DNA from: Vicugna vicugna
Taxonomy: Eukaryota
Length of the DNA stretch: 64,000 bases
Direction: 5' to 3'
NCBI GenBank assembly: GCA_013265495.1
Contig: MU058384.1
Span: 3,261,010-3,325,009 of the forward strand
In this document: piece by piece, positions 14,005 through 27,076 of the stretch
How the letters are laid out: each line of letters starts with the position of its first letter
How positions within the stretch are numbered: position 1 is the first letter of the stretch
Translations under genes and position numbers: made by a program
The notes under the pieces: model-generated
Told to the model about the DNA's origin: nothing
Seen by the model: only the letters and a program-made list of their open reading frames with translations
The model's database searches: none

Positions 14005-14230
14005 ATAATTCCTATCACATTCTGAACACTTAATACATCCCAGACTAATATTAGCACTTCACAGGCATTTTATCACTTGATTTGCTACAGGTTTTATGGA
14101 GTGAGTGCTAATTATTATGCTGTGGAAATTGAGGCACAGAGTATTTAAATAACATGATCAGGGTCATGCAAAAAAAGGCAGGATTCAAACCTTGGCAGTC
14201 TGTTTCCAATCTCTGCTCTTAGCCATTGAG
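14005..14230 (-). mobile_element. MIR SINE
   Basis: ggaaattgaggcacagag...ggcaggattcaaaccttggcagtctg...ctcttagcca. Confidence 0.75.
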
Positions 14231-17169
14231 TGAAAGATATCATACCCTCAGGGGCATTCAGATACGAGCTCTAACTATTTCTTACAGCACAGATATGCAG
14301 AGCTCCCTTCGTGTCACCACTCTGTGTCCTGTTCACTATGCAGAAATGTGGGAGTAGGCAACTTTTGTTTCCCCTCCCTGGAGACCATCTCACCCAAAAT
14401 AAGGAAAAAATACAACAGTCTAGAACAGCTATGAAGCTAGCAATATTTTTGGCTGGATCTCTTGAATTCATTCTATTCCAGTCCATGGTCCGTATGAAAG
14501 CCAATTCAGTGCTTTCTCTCCAGAGCAGTGGCTAAGGGAATAAAGCTCACAGGGTGAAAGAGAAACCCCCCATGTTCCGAATGGTGCTCCCCTGGGGAGG
14601 GGGTTATAGAAAAGCCCCCCCTCTTACCACCTAATGAGGATAAATGAAGGAATGCCAGCATTAAAAGACAGCCTCACACAACCAACCAAACCACCGGTTT
14701 GCCAGGACCATGCCAGTCTCTGCGAAAGCTGTCAGAATCTCAGGAAGGAGACAGATTCCAAAGAGGCAGTGGGCCAACGTAATTAGCAGTGCTCCCAGGG
14801 CAGATTGCCTTTGGATTTCCAGTCATGAACTGAGGGGCCGGAAAAGCGGGACTGATCCAGCAATCATCCCATCTCAATATGTTTGCACCTTGGTACCAGT
14901 CCCCGGGGAACACGCGGCTGCCGCCAGCCTCACTCATCACACAGAATTAGTGGCTCTGTGAGTGCTGTTCCATGGCAGCTCTGCACTGCGGTCACCGAGC
15001 GAGAAGATTTATTACTCTGTTTGACAGTCTGTTATTCACTAACTGAGCATGACACATCTGGGATTTAGAATCATCAACTTGACATCTAACAGGAGAACAA
15101 ACCTTTGGGAGGAGGACGGAGGTAGAGGGGAGAGTGGAGGAAAGTGGCAGTTTTCAGAACAGATTTCCCATTTCCCTGCTGACCTCCATGGTTGGTCCAG
15201 GCTTGAGGTCATCCCCAGACCAGAAGGATGAGGCAGACACATGGAGGGGTTTGGTCTGGAGTGATAAAGAAGCTGCAGTACACTGCCAGGAAAGGCACTT
15301 TGGGTTCTTGAAGGAGTTGGACATCTTTCCTGGGGACATAAAGCAAACTTTCGTTGTTCTCATCTTTAGGGAAGTGTGTCCCACGAGGGCCGTGGAAGCA
15401 CTCCCTCCACTTCTCTCTCCTTTGGCAGGTGAAGCAGAGCCTTGGCTTCTAGAAGGGAATGAGCATGACCACTTGAAGTCACCGTTTCAGCTAGAAGACC
15501 CCAGCAGATAAGGTGGCCCCCTACCCCACCCCCTGGTCACGCTCCATCAGCTGGATGGGCTGTGCTGGGCTCAGGCACCATCTCTAATCCTCTGCCTAGG
15601 CCCTCTTGTGTGAAAATACAAGTGAAGACAAAATCTTTTCTTGCCCAAGAAAAAGCAGAGATTCTGTCCACAGCATGCAGGCTCTACCTTGGCCATGAAA
15701 AAGAGAGTGGGGCTCTCTAATGATTAGAGACATAATTTATTTAATCTTCATGGATCCATTGGGAGCCATGGCTCAGAGGCCTATGAATAAAAATGGCAGG
15801 CTTGCTCAGTGCATTCAAGGCAGTTAAGACAATTTGTTTAGCCTGCTGCTAAGCGCTCCGAAGACTTATCTATCCTGGCTGGAAATAGCACACACACTCC
15901 CCCATTAAGAGCACCTAATCTCTATGCTTATATTTTAGGAAGTAAATATGAGATAAAATAAAAGTTTTAATGCCTGATTTCTGTCTCTTTTGGTTCCCAT
16001 ATGTTACTCCTTTATATATGTATTCCCTCTCCATTAAGCTTCTCTCTCTCTCTCTCTCCTTCTCTGTCTCTGCTTCTGTCTATGACTCTTTTCACCTCTT
16101 CTGTCTTCTCCCCACCCATCCCCTGCATTCCCTTCTGTCTCAGCACATAGAGGAGATGAACAAGGCAGTGAGACCGCAAGCAGGAGCTCTGGTTCACATT
16201 TTCTTCTAATTCTTTCTGTAAAACTCTGTAAAATAAAGGACTATCAGCAGCAATGAAGAAGGGGAAGGGAAGTACCAGGAAGAACTGCCCTATTGTACTC
16301 TAAATATTTTTAAGTTGAATTATGGTTTAACTTTGACCTTACTGAAAAGGACAGACTCTTTAAGAAAAGACAAATCTGACTTTCTTTTTGATGATTTATT
16401 GAGTTGATGGAGTAGAAATATTTGGAAGATTACAAGCACCTTAATCAGTACCCAGACTCTAAGATGTTACATACTGATGAGAAAGTGTAAAACAATTTGA
16501 TCAAACTAAGAATGGGGAAAACTGACAGTGGAGAAAAAAATTAGATGTTTTCCAACCAGAAACCAAGAGTGCATGGGAATGAGTGAGTTGGCCGTCGTGA
16601 GGCGAAAAATCCTCAAAATACCTGCTTAGATCGAGTCACAGATCAACAGAGATTGACACAGCGGCCGACAGGTTCCTGGCATCAGAGATCTCTCGTGTCC
16701 TTCTTTCCCTTCCTGTGATTATGGTTTTATAATGATACAGGTACCCTGAGGGTCTTGGAGACTTATAAGACTTGGTCAGCATTGGTAATTGCATTTCCTC
16801 TATTAATCAAGCCGTGTTCTGCACTCTTACATCAGAGTGATTATAAGGGGAGAAATTCAAGGAACCTCTGCTTAACATAGTATATGTTTCAGGAGTGCTG
16901 AGAGGGGGACACCAAGTGATGGTGATGGCCCAACGCAAATGATCTGACTCAGGTCCTTAGGGAAGTTTCCTGGAGTGAGTGCTACCCACCCTTACTGGGA
17001 AGTGGTCAGCATGGGTCAGGGTGCTGGACCTGGTGGGGCCTCTTAAGGTCCAAGTGGGCCCGGGCGCTCCAGATTGCAGGGTATCTGGGAATTTCAGCTC
17101 ATGGTTTAGAACTCAAAGCACATGTCAGACAGTGATGGTGTGTCCTCTGTCCGTGCTGTCGGCGTCCGG

Positions 17170-17343
17170 TTCTTTCCTTGTAAGGGCATGAGTCGTAGTG
17201 GATGAGGACCCACCCTCATGAACCTTTTTTAACTTAAGTACCTCTTTAAAGGTCATGTCTCCAGTTATAATCACCTTCTGGGGTACTGAGGGGTAGGGCT
17301 TCAACACATGAACTTGGGGTGGGGCAGAATTCACCTCGTAACA
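17170..17343. mobile_element. MaLR LTR terminus (MLT1-like)
   Basis: cccaccctcatgaacc...ttaacttaagtacctctttaaagg...gggcttcaacacatgaacttgggg...gtaaca. Confidence 0.8.
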
Positions 17344-18099
17344 CTGCACCTGCTCATGTGGACTGACTGCACTTCTGCCTCGACTCTGCTAGTTGGACGG
17401 AGCACTGAAGCTCCATCTGGCTCAGGAACCAGCGTTTGAAGGTGAACTCTGTTCCTTCCACAACACTCTATATTTATGCAAAAATTCTCTCTCTTTCACA
17501 GAATTCTCTCATCTGGTTGGACCCCTGATGTCCTGGCTGTTTTCACATGTTCATCAAGGACTTGGATTCTTTCCATTGTCCGGGGTAAATTCAACAGCCA
17601 CATGCACAATCCATGAAATCGCAGTTTCCCAATTCCTCTGTCTCCACGACCACAAGGACCTGATCTCACTTCTCCTTTATAATGACACATCTTGACTCTA
17701 CACATGCTGTTTCCACAGTTTCCTCTCATTCTATCCCGAACACAAACTGGTTTATATGCCATTACCTTTTCTCCGGTAACGTTGCTCTTGCTAATGCAAA
17801 TCTTTGTAAGCTTCCCTATTTCCCATCCACGGATATTTTATGTTTAAAACAGTCCTTCAACTGACCCAGCTTAAGCCACATGCTCATCCCTGGACCACAA
17901 CTACAAATTGTGTCTGCCCCAAACAGCAGCCTCTGCCATCTTTTAGAGACTTGCTTCTCTTGTCATTGTGGCTCTGGTGAGGACTGCCAACTGGAGGCAG
18001 ATGCAATTACAGTTTGGAAGGATGTATCGAAGTTTACCAAGTAAAGAAGTCGGGAAAGAAAAGGAGGTTGTACAACAGAAAATATTAAATAATAGTAGT

Positions 18100-18380
18100 A
18101 ATAATGGAGTGCTAATAACTGCTACTTTTCTTAACATACAAGGTACTTATTCTGGGCTTGGCACTGTTCTAAGGTTTTAGATAGAATAACTTATTTCATT
18201 CTCTCAACAGCCATATGAGGTAGGTGTTTTTGTTTTTCCAATTATATAGGTGAGATAACCAAGGCACAGAGAGGCAAAGAATGTCTTCTAATGTCTCCTG
18301 GCTATACAAGGCAGGGCTAGGATTTGGACCAGGCAGACTCGTCTAAAGACGACACTCACGCTTTTAATCACTACACTACA
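18100..18380 (-). mobile_element. near full-length MIR SINE
   Basis: ggcactgttctaagg...ctcaacagccatatgaggtagg...aaggcacagagagg...ggatttggaccaggcagactc. Confidence 0.8.
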
Positions 18381-18387
18381 CAGCTTT

Positions 18388-18426
18388 TTCTCCTCCTCCT
18401 CCTCCTTCTCCTTCTTCTTCTTCTTC
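18388..18426. repeat. compound (CTC)n/(CTT)n microsatellite
   Basis: tcctcctcctcctccttctccttcttcttcttcttc. Confidence 0.9.
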
Positions 18427-18497
18427 GCATATCCTGGGATATGCATATCAAGGTAGTGGGTGCATAACATGAGGAAAAGATCAACCTGGGCTTTCCT

Positions 18498-18841
18498 CTT
18501 TTTTTTTTTAATTGAAGTATAGTCAGTTTACAACGTTGTGTCAGTTTCTGGTGTACAGCATAATGTTTGTCATACGTGTACATATGTTCCTTTTCATATT
18601 CTTTTTCATTATAGGTTACTACAAGATATTGAATATAGTTCCCAGTGCTATACAATTGTTTATCTATTTTTTATACAGTAGTTAGAATCTGCAAATCTCG
18701 AACTCCCGTTTTATCCCTTCCCACCCCCTTCCCTACCAGTAAGAGTTTGTTTTCTATGTCTGTGAGTCTGTTTCTGATTTGTAAATAAGTTCATTCGTGT
18801 CTTTTTTTTTTTAAGATTTCACCTTTAAGTGATATCATGTG
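18498..18841 (-). mobile_element. young 5'-truncated L1 3' UTR with TSD
   Basis: Poly(T) then attgaagtatagtcagtttacaacgttgtg...; TSD aacctgggctttcct (18483-18497) and aacctgggccttcct (18842-18856). Confidence 0.9.
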
Positions 18842-21249
18842 AACCTGGGCCTTCCTTAATTTGGCCACAAGACCTCTCCAGGTCCACCAACCCTCATTGG
18901 CCACTTAGAACTTCTCTCGAGGTGGGGGAGGAGTCCTTCAGATGCTCTCAGCGGGGCTACCTCGGGCTCTCGCTGCCTGGTTTCTAGACAAGCTGCTCCA
19001 GTACAGAGAGCAGTTGGAGGGACTCTGGCGGGGTACCGTCGTGGGCTCTTCAGATCCCACAGAGGCTCCGTCTTGCCCTCGCCATGGCACTTGTTCTGTC
19101 CAGAACAGAGTTTCCTATTACAGGTGCTCCCCACGCTCTCAATCTTGCTTTCCCACTTTGCTTGTCTCTCCTTCTAATCTTGACGACCTTCATCTCTTCT
19201 GGAAAGAACGTTCATGATTGTACCATTTACATTTTCCTAATCTGTGATTTACGGCAAAAATATTATCCTGGCTCATTATGGCCTTGCATTTTGTGTCTCC
19301 AAATCCCTTTCTCTCCTACTTTTACCTCGGCCATGTGTTACAAAATTCATTTTGAAACTCAAAAGCTGAGAGCTGATTTTTTACTTTCTCTTTCCATTTT
19401 GCCACAATATTATCCCCAAAGAAGTTAAGTATGGAACACCCTCAGTGCTGGTAGAGGGTAGAGATGGGGAGGCCAAGATTAGAAAGAGAATTCTGAAGAA
19501 ATCAACAGGTTAATATTTCAAAATTATTTTTAATCAGAGATGCATTATTTTACCCAGCTTTGTATGGTATCTATTAATTAATCCTCAAACAGAATATGTG
19601 CTTCCAGATTTGCACAGCGAGGAGACAGCATTTCCCTCTGAAACTACAATCTATTTTCTTTCTATAAGTATACAGCAGTCTCATTTGTTGGATTGATGCC
19701 AACCATCACAAAAGGTACCATGACACGCTGGCTTCTGTCCAGTGACTTGGATGAAACTTTTCTGTCATTAAATAAATGCTCATATACTTTCCTTTTTCCT
19801 TAAAATATTTGAAATATCTCATAAATAATTTAAAATGTATTAAAAACAAATGGATGTGTAAATTAAGACAAAGGGAAATTAGATGAAGGAAAACAAGATA
19901 ACGCCAAGGATAAGATTATTATACAAAAGAGAATTTCATTAGCCCCTCTGCAGCTGCTAGACCTGGGTGATCACTTGGGCTGGGACAAGGACAGCTGTCA
20001 TGTTCGTCTTTTTCTTAGCCATCCCTATTGAAATGCTGCATCAGATTAGTGTGGACTAAATTCATAATCAGAATTGACCAGGGACTCATTGTAAAGGAAT
20101 TATGCTAGAAGGAAATTATAAATAGTATAGAAAAGGCTGACCCTTGGGATGTAGAAGTGCTATGACATGCAAATTCCGTCAGAGTTGGGGCCGGAGGAGA
20201 GTAAACATCGTGGTGGAATCTGAGCGCGATCTTGAGGACAACAGGAGCATCTGACTCACTTTCTGGATTTGACTGTGATGTGTGTTAGATGAGGGAGGTG
20301 TAGGGCTTGGATTTCTGGATGCAGCTACAGTAGGCACTTGCCATGGGGAGAGGATACTAAGGATCCAAGACAAAAGGATATCCTGGGGAAGTTTTCTGAG
20401 TCAAATGTTGCCTTTCAGAAGTCATGTGATCTTTGTGGTTCTGGATGGTCCATGCAGGAAAGAACTGAACCATCTTAGTAGAGAACTTCTCCCCCAGGTT
20501 AACTATGCTGCATTCCATTGTCTTCAGTTCTCTCTTGCAGTGCTTTTAAAGCAAAGTATTGGGTCCTGGGATTACAGGACCTCAGGAAAGTGGGAAAACA
20601 CTTCAGTGGAGCAAGATGACAGCATTTCAGATTTTGCAAATGATGCTAATTTTATAAGCAAAATCTCCTGGGCTAAGGTCTATATAATTTATTTTTTTTA
20701 ATTTCAGAAAGTTCTTATTTACACACAAAGTTAAATGATTAAAAGTGGTAAAAATATTAAAACTTTTCTCTCTGGGACAGACGTTTGCTTGTTATCCCAA
20801 ACATTCATGTCATCGTACTGCAAAGTTAATCTAGACAGAAGACACGTTCCACATGACCCGATGGAGTTTTAGGTACTTTGGAGCCTGGTGATCAATTTCT
20901 CAAAGACATCGAGGAAATGCTCAGAAAATTATGTGTTGTGTGACTGCCCATCAATTGAGTGAGCAAATAAGTGAATGGGAGATCGAGTCTCTGGTGTGAT
21001 GGTCTGTGATGACTTGGGTGGAGTACTATTTTTCTTTCAAAACTAACATTGTTCTTTTATTTCTAGGGCTTGGATGGAATATTTTTGATGTAAATCTGAC
21101 ACATACTAACTAAAAAAAGTGTCTTTTAAATGCAATAAAATATTAGAAAGACAAACCTAGAGATTTTTTAAATGACTAAGATTTAGTATATTCCTGACTG
21201 GTTGTTTTCCTATGTTTTTACAATTGTTTATTTATTCATTTGTTTTTAT

Positions 21250-21450
21250 TCAATTGGGACTAAACTGCATATACAGGTTTTTATCATTTAACATTTTATA
21301 AAAACATTTTTCTATGTCATTGAAATAGTCCCAGAAACATTTTACTGACTACATAGTATTCCACTACGTGAATATGCCATAAATTATTTAATCATAAACC
21401 TGTTACCCATTCTTCACTATATGAGTAAAACCTTAATGAATCTCTGGCAC
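21250..21450 (-). mobile_element. L1ME-type fragment
   Basis: tgactacatagtattccactacgtgaatatgccataaattatttaatca. Confidence 0.55.
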
Positions 21451-21489
21451 ACTTCTCCTTATCTTTTTAAACTTTTTTGGGGGGGGGCG

Positions 21490-21580
21490 TAAGAAGACTC
21501 AAGATCTACTCTCTTAGCAACTTCAAGTGTACAATACTGTATTATTAACTACAGTCCTAATGCTTACATTAGGTCCCCAT
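21490..21580 (-). mobile_element. L1MA-type 3' UTR fragment
   Basis: aagatctactctcttagcaacttcaagtgtacaatactgtattattaact. Confidence 0.75.
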
Positions 21581-22509
21581 CAACTTTGAGGACTGTAATA
21601 ATATATGTTCTAATGTCTCCGTTGGTTTGCTGACCTTGGTGCTTCTCTTACCTGGTGTAAGTTTTATTCAAGTACTTGTTGAGTCTTAGTTGGAGGTTCT
21701 TGGTGTCTGGAAGTCCTTCTATAAATGCTGTATTTACAAACACCGTACAATCTATCTCAGCCAGCCTCCAGTGATCTTGCTGGAAGGGTTGAATGTGCTA
21801 CTATCTGGGCTGCCCCTACAGTCTTTTTGATGTTGGGGCTTCTTTTCCACCTTGTTATTTACCAACCACCCTGAGCCCTGGCCCCACTTCCTCCGTCTGG
21901 CACAGGTATCCACACTGATCCTACTTGTGGAAGGTGTCCCCCTCGCCGCCTTCGTGAAACAAGCAGAGAGAGAGAAGGGGGCCAGTTTTCCCAGCTGCTT
22001 ATATTGTAATAGCCAACCAGCCACTCAAGGGTCCCATCCAGCTCCCCAAGTCGGCTAGGTCCAAGCTTAGGTCACCCTCAAGGTGGCTCTCACATTGAGG
22101 GCTAGTCATTTTGTATATACTTCTGGTCCTTGGTTTTTTTCTCTTTAAATCCATTTTTATTGTCTAGGTTTTTTTTTTCTTTCTATTTTTAATGGAATTT
22201 TCAGAACTTCTGATGCACCTAAGACACCACTTCTTGTTTCCCAGGTGTTTTTTTTGTTTGTTTTAATTTTGTAATTTGGGGGGTTTCAGGAAGGAAAGGA
22301 AGGTTGGAGCTTGTGCTTCATTATTTTGATCCAATCAAAAATGATCTTTATTGAATCATTTGACAAAATGTAGTGTTTCTAAGTTGTTGTTGTTGTTTTT
22401 TAGCAAAAACTGCAGAACAATGTCAAATTCTAGTAAGGCAGATGAGTCTCACCTTCATTGCGTAAAAGGGAAATTGGAGCAGAGTGATGACTGCTGTAAG
22501 GCACAAAGC

Positions 22510-22710
22510 AATGATCATGAACAGCATTTATATAGGGCCTCACAGCTGACCCTTACGACAATCCGTCTAGGGAAGTATTGTTAGTTATAAAACGGGAGAG
22601 ACCAAGACCCAGAGGACAGGTAAGTTGCATATGGTTACCCAAAGGGCTAGTGACACAACAATGTCTCAAATCAGTCTCTTCTGACCCCAAATCTGTGTCT
22701 GCCACCCCCA
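22510..22710 (-). mobile_element. MIR SINE
   Basis: agacccagaggacaggtaagttgcatatggttacccaaagg...tctgaccccaaatctgtg. Confidence 0.55.
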
Positions 22711-23359
22711 ACCATTGCTTCCTCCACAGAGTACTGTGGCCAGGCTCTGGGCAGTCCAGCCCAAGCTCACCAACTCCTTGTTTTGGAGACTCAGTGGGTA
22801 ACTACAGCAAAAGACAATCAGATGCTTTGCATAAATCCTTTCTGTGAACACACGCCTTAGGGGCAGGCGGCTGCATTTGTGTGGACTCACCCACTCACTT
22901 TCTGTCAATGTCTAGGAGGCATCAGGCTTTAAATCTCCCCCTTGGTTTTCACCACCGCTGGCCGCACTTCTGAGAGGTATGATCCCACCAGCTTAGCTCC
23001 AATTGTGAATGAGCATAAAACTTCTCTCCAGCTTTTGTACTCATCACTGGCAAACTGCTAAGCTCATTGAAAAGAGGAGTGTTTTGTTTATGAATTCAGT
23101 CCATTCATAGGCCAGTACATGAAGGTGGCACAGAGAGCAAAAACATTGTTTTGCACAGTCACTATATCTGTTGCCACATCCTGATCCTTTTTGATGGTGC
23201 TGGATTGGATCCTAATATTTTCCATAGCTTTCATAACTTACCGTGCTGCTTACAGTGTTGCTGGGTAATTAAATTACTCTTAAATTATTTAGTGTATTTT
23301 AACATGAAGAAATGTGACTTTTTCATGGCAATTTACACTGATGTTTCTCCCTATGTAAG

Positions 23360-23505
23360 AGTGGGTTCTCAGTCTTAGCTGCACATTGTTAGAGAGCTTT
23401 AAAACACTCAGATGCCTGCGTTTCCCTCTCTCTGATGGAATTCTTTTAAGGTTTGGCCTAGGCATCAGGATGTTTTAAAAGCTGCATAGGTAATACTAAT
23501 GCAGA
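23360..23505. mobile_element. hAT MITE, MER5-like
   Basis: agtgggttctcagtcttagctgcacattg...ggcctaggcatcaggatgttttaaaagc...taatactaatgcag. Confidence 0.65.
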
Positions 23506-23812
23506 TTTTCCAGAATATGTCAGGGTTTTAGGTGGTGAATTAAAAAAAAATATATGGTACTTACTCTTTTGGAGAAAATAACTACTAAATAAGTCTAGAT
23601 AGGTAGATAGATAGAGATGGATTTTCCTCTATAGCACTTACCACGATTATTTTTTAAAAACGCTATCCATCCATCTATCCATTGATTTACTATTCTAAAT
23701 TTATAGAATTCTAAAAATTTTTTAGATATTGTGCATAATGTAATTCCTTATTTTTAGATAGACTCAACCCAAGCTCTCCTAACTGAGATTACTGGTCTTA
23801 ATTTTACTTAAA

Positions 23813-23833
23813 AGAGAGAGAGAGAGAGAGAGA
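23813..23833. repeat. (AG)n microsatellite
   Basis: About 10 AG units. Confidence 0.9.
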
Positions 23834-26800
23834 CAACATCTCTTGATAATCTATTCCAAAAATTCACAACCCCATATTACACAGAACTATCACTTTTGTG
23901 ATAATTTCCCTAATAGAGAAACTGAGGCACAAATAGATTAATGGACTCATCCAAGGATAGCACATAGAGGGTCATCTTACCCTAAATGCTAGCTTTATTA
24001 ACAGTAAGTGATTCTTTGGAGTCCTGTTGAGAAGGATTCTGAGGCTGCAGCAGGGTGCAAAGTGTCATGATTGATTATTGATGTCTGCCGTGAGTGTGAG
24101 AGGGAGCACATATGTTCCCCACTTTGTGTCTTTAGTCTACTATTATTTTGTTTGATCCAGGACCTGAATTTCGATTTTTTTCACCACCATTTTAAGTACA
24201 CTCTTCTTAACCATAATTTTTCCTTCTCTAAGAAGGAAAAAAACCCACAAAAGCCACTACACTGCTATGTGAATATCAGAATCCCACCTGCCTGTGGATG
24301 GGAGTGTTGGTTGATCCAGAGTAAAAGCATCATATGTGTTTTAACTTTAGCACAAAGAGGTTTTACGTATCACAAAGCTCCCCGTTAGAATATTGTTTTC
24401 AAGACATAGGCTGTCCTGTGTGTGTATGCATGTGTCCTTTAAGATGAATGTAGTAAAGTAAGCCCTGATCCCCTTTCAAAGATTAATTTATTTCTTGATG
24501 GTGAATTATTTACTCATTTTAAGTAACATCAGCCTAGACTGGCAGAGCAATAATGCTACCAGAAGCTTCAAAACTCAGTGTAATTATCCTAAAGTAGATG
24601 TTAAAAGACAATATAAATGTGTCCCATTTCATCAGGGTGTTAGTTAGATTCATATTTAATACAAGGCAAATATGCACCACAAACATATAAGAATTCTAAA
24701 ATCACCCTTGAACATTCTAACATATATCAAGTTTGTTTGAATATTAGCTGAGCTTTAGTTCTAAGTTTGATTCAGTGTCAATATGGGCTGAAGGGCTGAG
24801 GAGCACTGAGGTGCCAAACTCTGAAACTCCTGGAATCCACTTTGACACACAACTTTTGATTATGGTTTATCCCACAATTACAATGGATTGCCTCAAAATC
24901 CTGGTCATGGGTCATCATTCTTTGTACTTACAAAAAACATGCAACTAGTTGTATGTTCGAAGTCATACAACTAGAATAATGTAATTTCTTTTACCTCCTA
25001 AAGAGGTCATGTAAAACAAACAACAACAAAATCGCACCGCAGTACTTCAAAAACAAATAGGGAAATTAGAGTTTGGGCATCTTTAATAGTGAAATAAAAC
25101 ACTTAATTTTATTACATTGAGAGTACTTACATAATTTTGGTGCCAAGTCTTTTCACATACCTTCACCCCCTACTTCCAAGCCTGAGAAAAACACTTGGTA
25201 TTTTTAAAGCTTTTCATTGGTACTTCACTGACCTCTCCCTTCTGAGCCTTGCTCCCTAACATCTCCCCCACCCTAGCCAAGATGCTGGCCTTGGTACCCT
25301 GAAGCGGACAACTGTCTACACTTCCCTGACTACATTTCCACTCAGCCGGAGTGAAGTAGTAGAAACAGTTGTCTGGAAAGTTCTTTCATCTCTTCATTTG
25401 CCTCTCCCTCCCAGAAAAGAGAGAAAATGGATATGCAGATGGGATGGAAAGCATCTCCCCAGGCAGGAGAGGGTGGAAAGCATTTGCATAGAATAGCATC
25501 TGGAGTCCCAGCGCACTCAAATGTTTCCGGGGGAAAAGACAGCTTTCCACATTCATGGACATTTCTTAAGGAAGGGGAGAAAGGGAACAAGGGAGGAGAG
25601 AAAAGGAGCAGGGGACTCCCTTTGTATCTGTGTCCAATATGGTTTCTTTTGATTTTTCATTCTCCATAGTCAAGGGCTCCCCAGGGGTTCTCATCTGTTA
25701 CCAGGCTCCGCTGTACCTGCCTGCCTGTGTGAAAGTGGCTCAGCTGCTGCGCTGGATGAGGCGAACACAGCACATCTATCTCCCTGGCATCTACTGAGCT
25801 CTCGGGCCGCAAGGATCAAGCCCCAAACTGAGCACAAAGGCAGGTCTGTATAGAAAGAGTCGACCTTCTTTATTGTCCAATGCTCTTTGTGTGGACGCTG
25901 GGGGTCAGTGCTCCCTCCACATTCCTGCCTAGACCACGAGAAGGGAGCAGAGGGAGGGGAGGTACAGTAAGCTCCTCCCGGATTTTCATTTGGGGTGAAA
26001 TGTAGGTTTACTAATGGGTCCACTATTTCCTTACCAATTATGTCCTCCTAACATAAAACCCAGGATATCAATAGAACAAATGTATTTTTGATACCAGTTT
26101 TTCTGTTCAGAGACCAAATGGAATATTTGAAATGGTGATGGAAGGATAATTAATGATAGAGAAATAGAGTTTGTTCCAGACTTAAACTAGCATCCACTCA
26201 GCTCAGAAGACATTAAGCATCCTATCATCTTACCCAGTGTCATCCTCCTCCTGGTCATCACTTAAAAATCGATGTTAGAAAGCACACGGTTGTCGGCTAA
26301 AGGTCAGAGGGGAGACATACAGAGGAGATAGGGCTTTATTATTAGGACAAAATGCTCATAGTCAAGGATAAGAAAGAAGTCAAGATAAATAAAAACCAGA
26401 TGGGAAAAATTTATAAATTTGATGGCATAATTTTTATTTAATAAGAGAAAGAAAAATTTCAATGGAAAGCATTTTAAAAACATTGGGTTTCTAGATTCAG
26501 ATGTGAAACTCATTCTGAAATCTCTCATAGTATCTTATATACCCTGCTTTCTGTCAGAGTTTTATTAATAAACACTATTCTGGTCCACTGATCGTGATTT
26601 TTGATCTTACCAAGTCTGTGGGCAAGTTCTTCCCTTTTTTTTTTTTCTCCAAGATGTTGTTTTACAGTTTAAAAAGGAAACTTTTCAATAATTAAAAATT
26701 TCTTTCTAAACCCGTGTGATTTCTACTTTTTGCGAAGTATTTGCCACTTCAGAGTCAGAGACTGTTAGATACCGCTTCAATCTGCATTGTTTATATCATT

Positions 26801-27044
26801 CCATATGCTACGGGCTCATTTGCATTTTTCTTGCTTCAGGTAAAAAATTCCAAATTTCCGTCTTAGGAAAACAACATGTATCCTTGTGCCCTGCCATGTA
26901 ATTTGATCACTAGTCATAGAGGTCTACCTTTTCTACTTGGGCTGTATCTTTAATTCTTTCCTAAATATTTTCCCCCACTCCTGTTTCCTGTCTGCCTCAC
27001 TCCCCTATCATTCTTTCTCTGCGAAGACTCAGAAAATGGGCAAT

Positions 27045-27045
<1 letters not shown>

Positions 27046-27074
<29 letters not shown>
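27046..27074. repeat. poly(A) tract
   Basis: 29 consecutive A. Confidence 0.95.

Positions 27075-27076
<2 letters not shown>

Noticed and set aside
18288..18655. ORFs with poly-Arg or Lys/Glu runs
   Set aside because: Translation of the (CTC)/(CTT) microsatellite and adjacent L1/MIR sequence
26820..26846. Recursive-splice-like pyrimidine tract plus CAG|GT (similar at 43863 on + and about 37611 on -)
   Set aside because: Reconstituted donors (gtaaaa, gtagga, gtagag) deviate from GTRAG and no host gene is established
27046..27074. Poly(A) as the tail of a processed pseudogene
   Set aside because: No upstream AATAAA, no TSD and no recognisable element body
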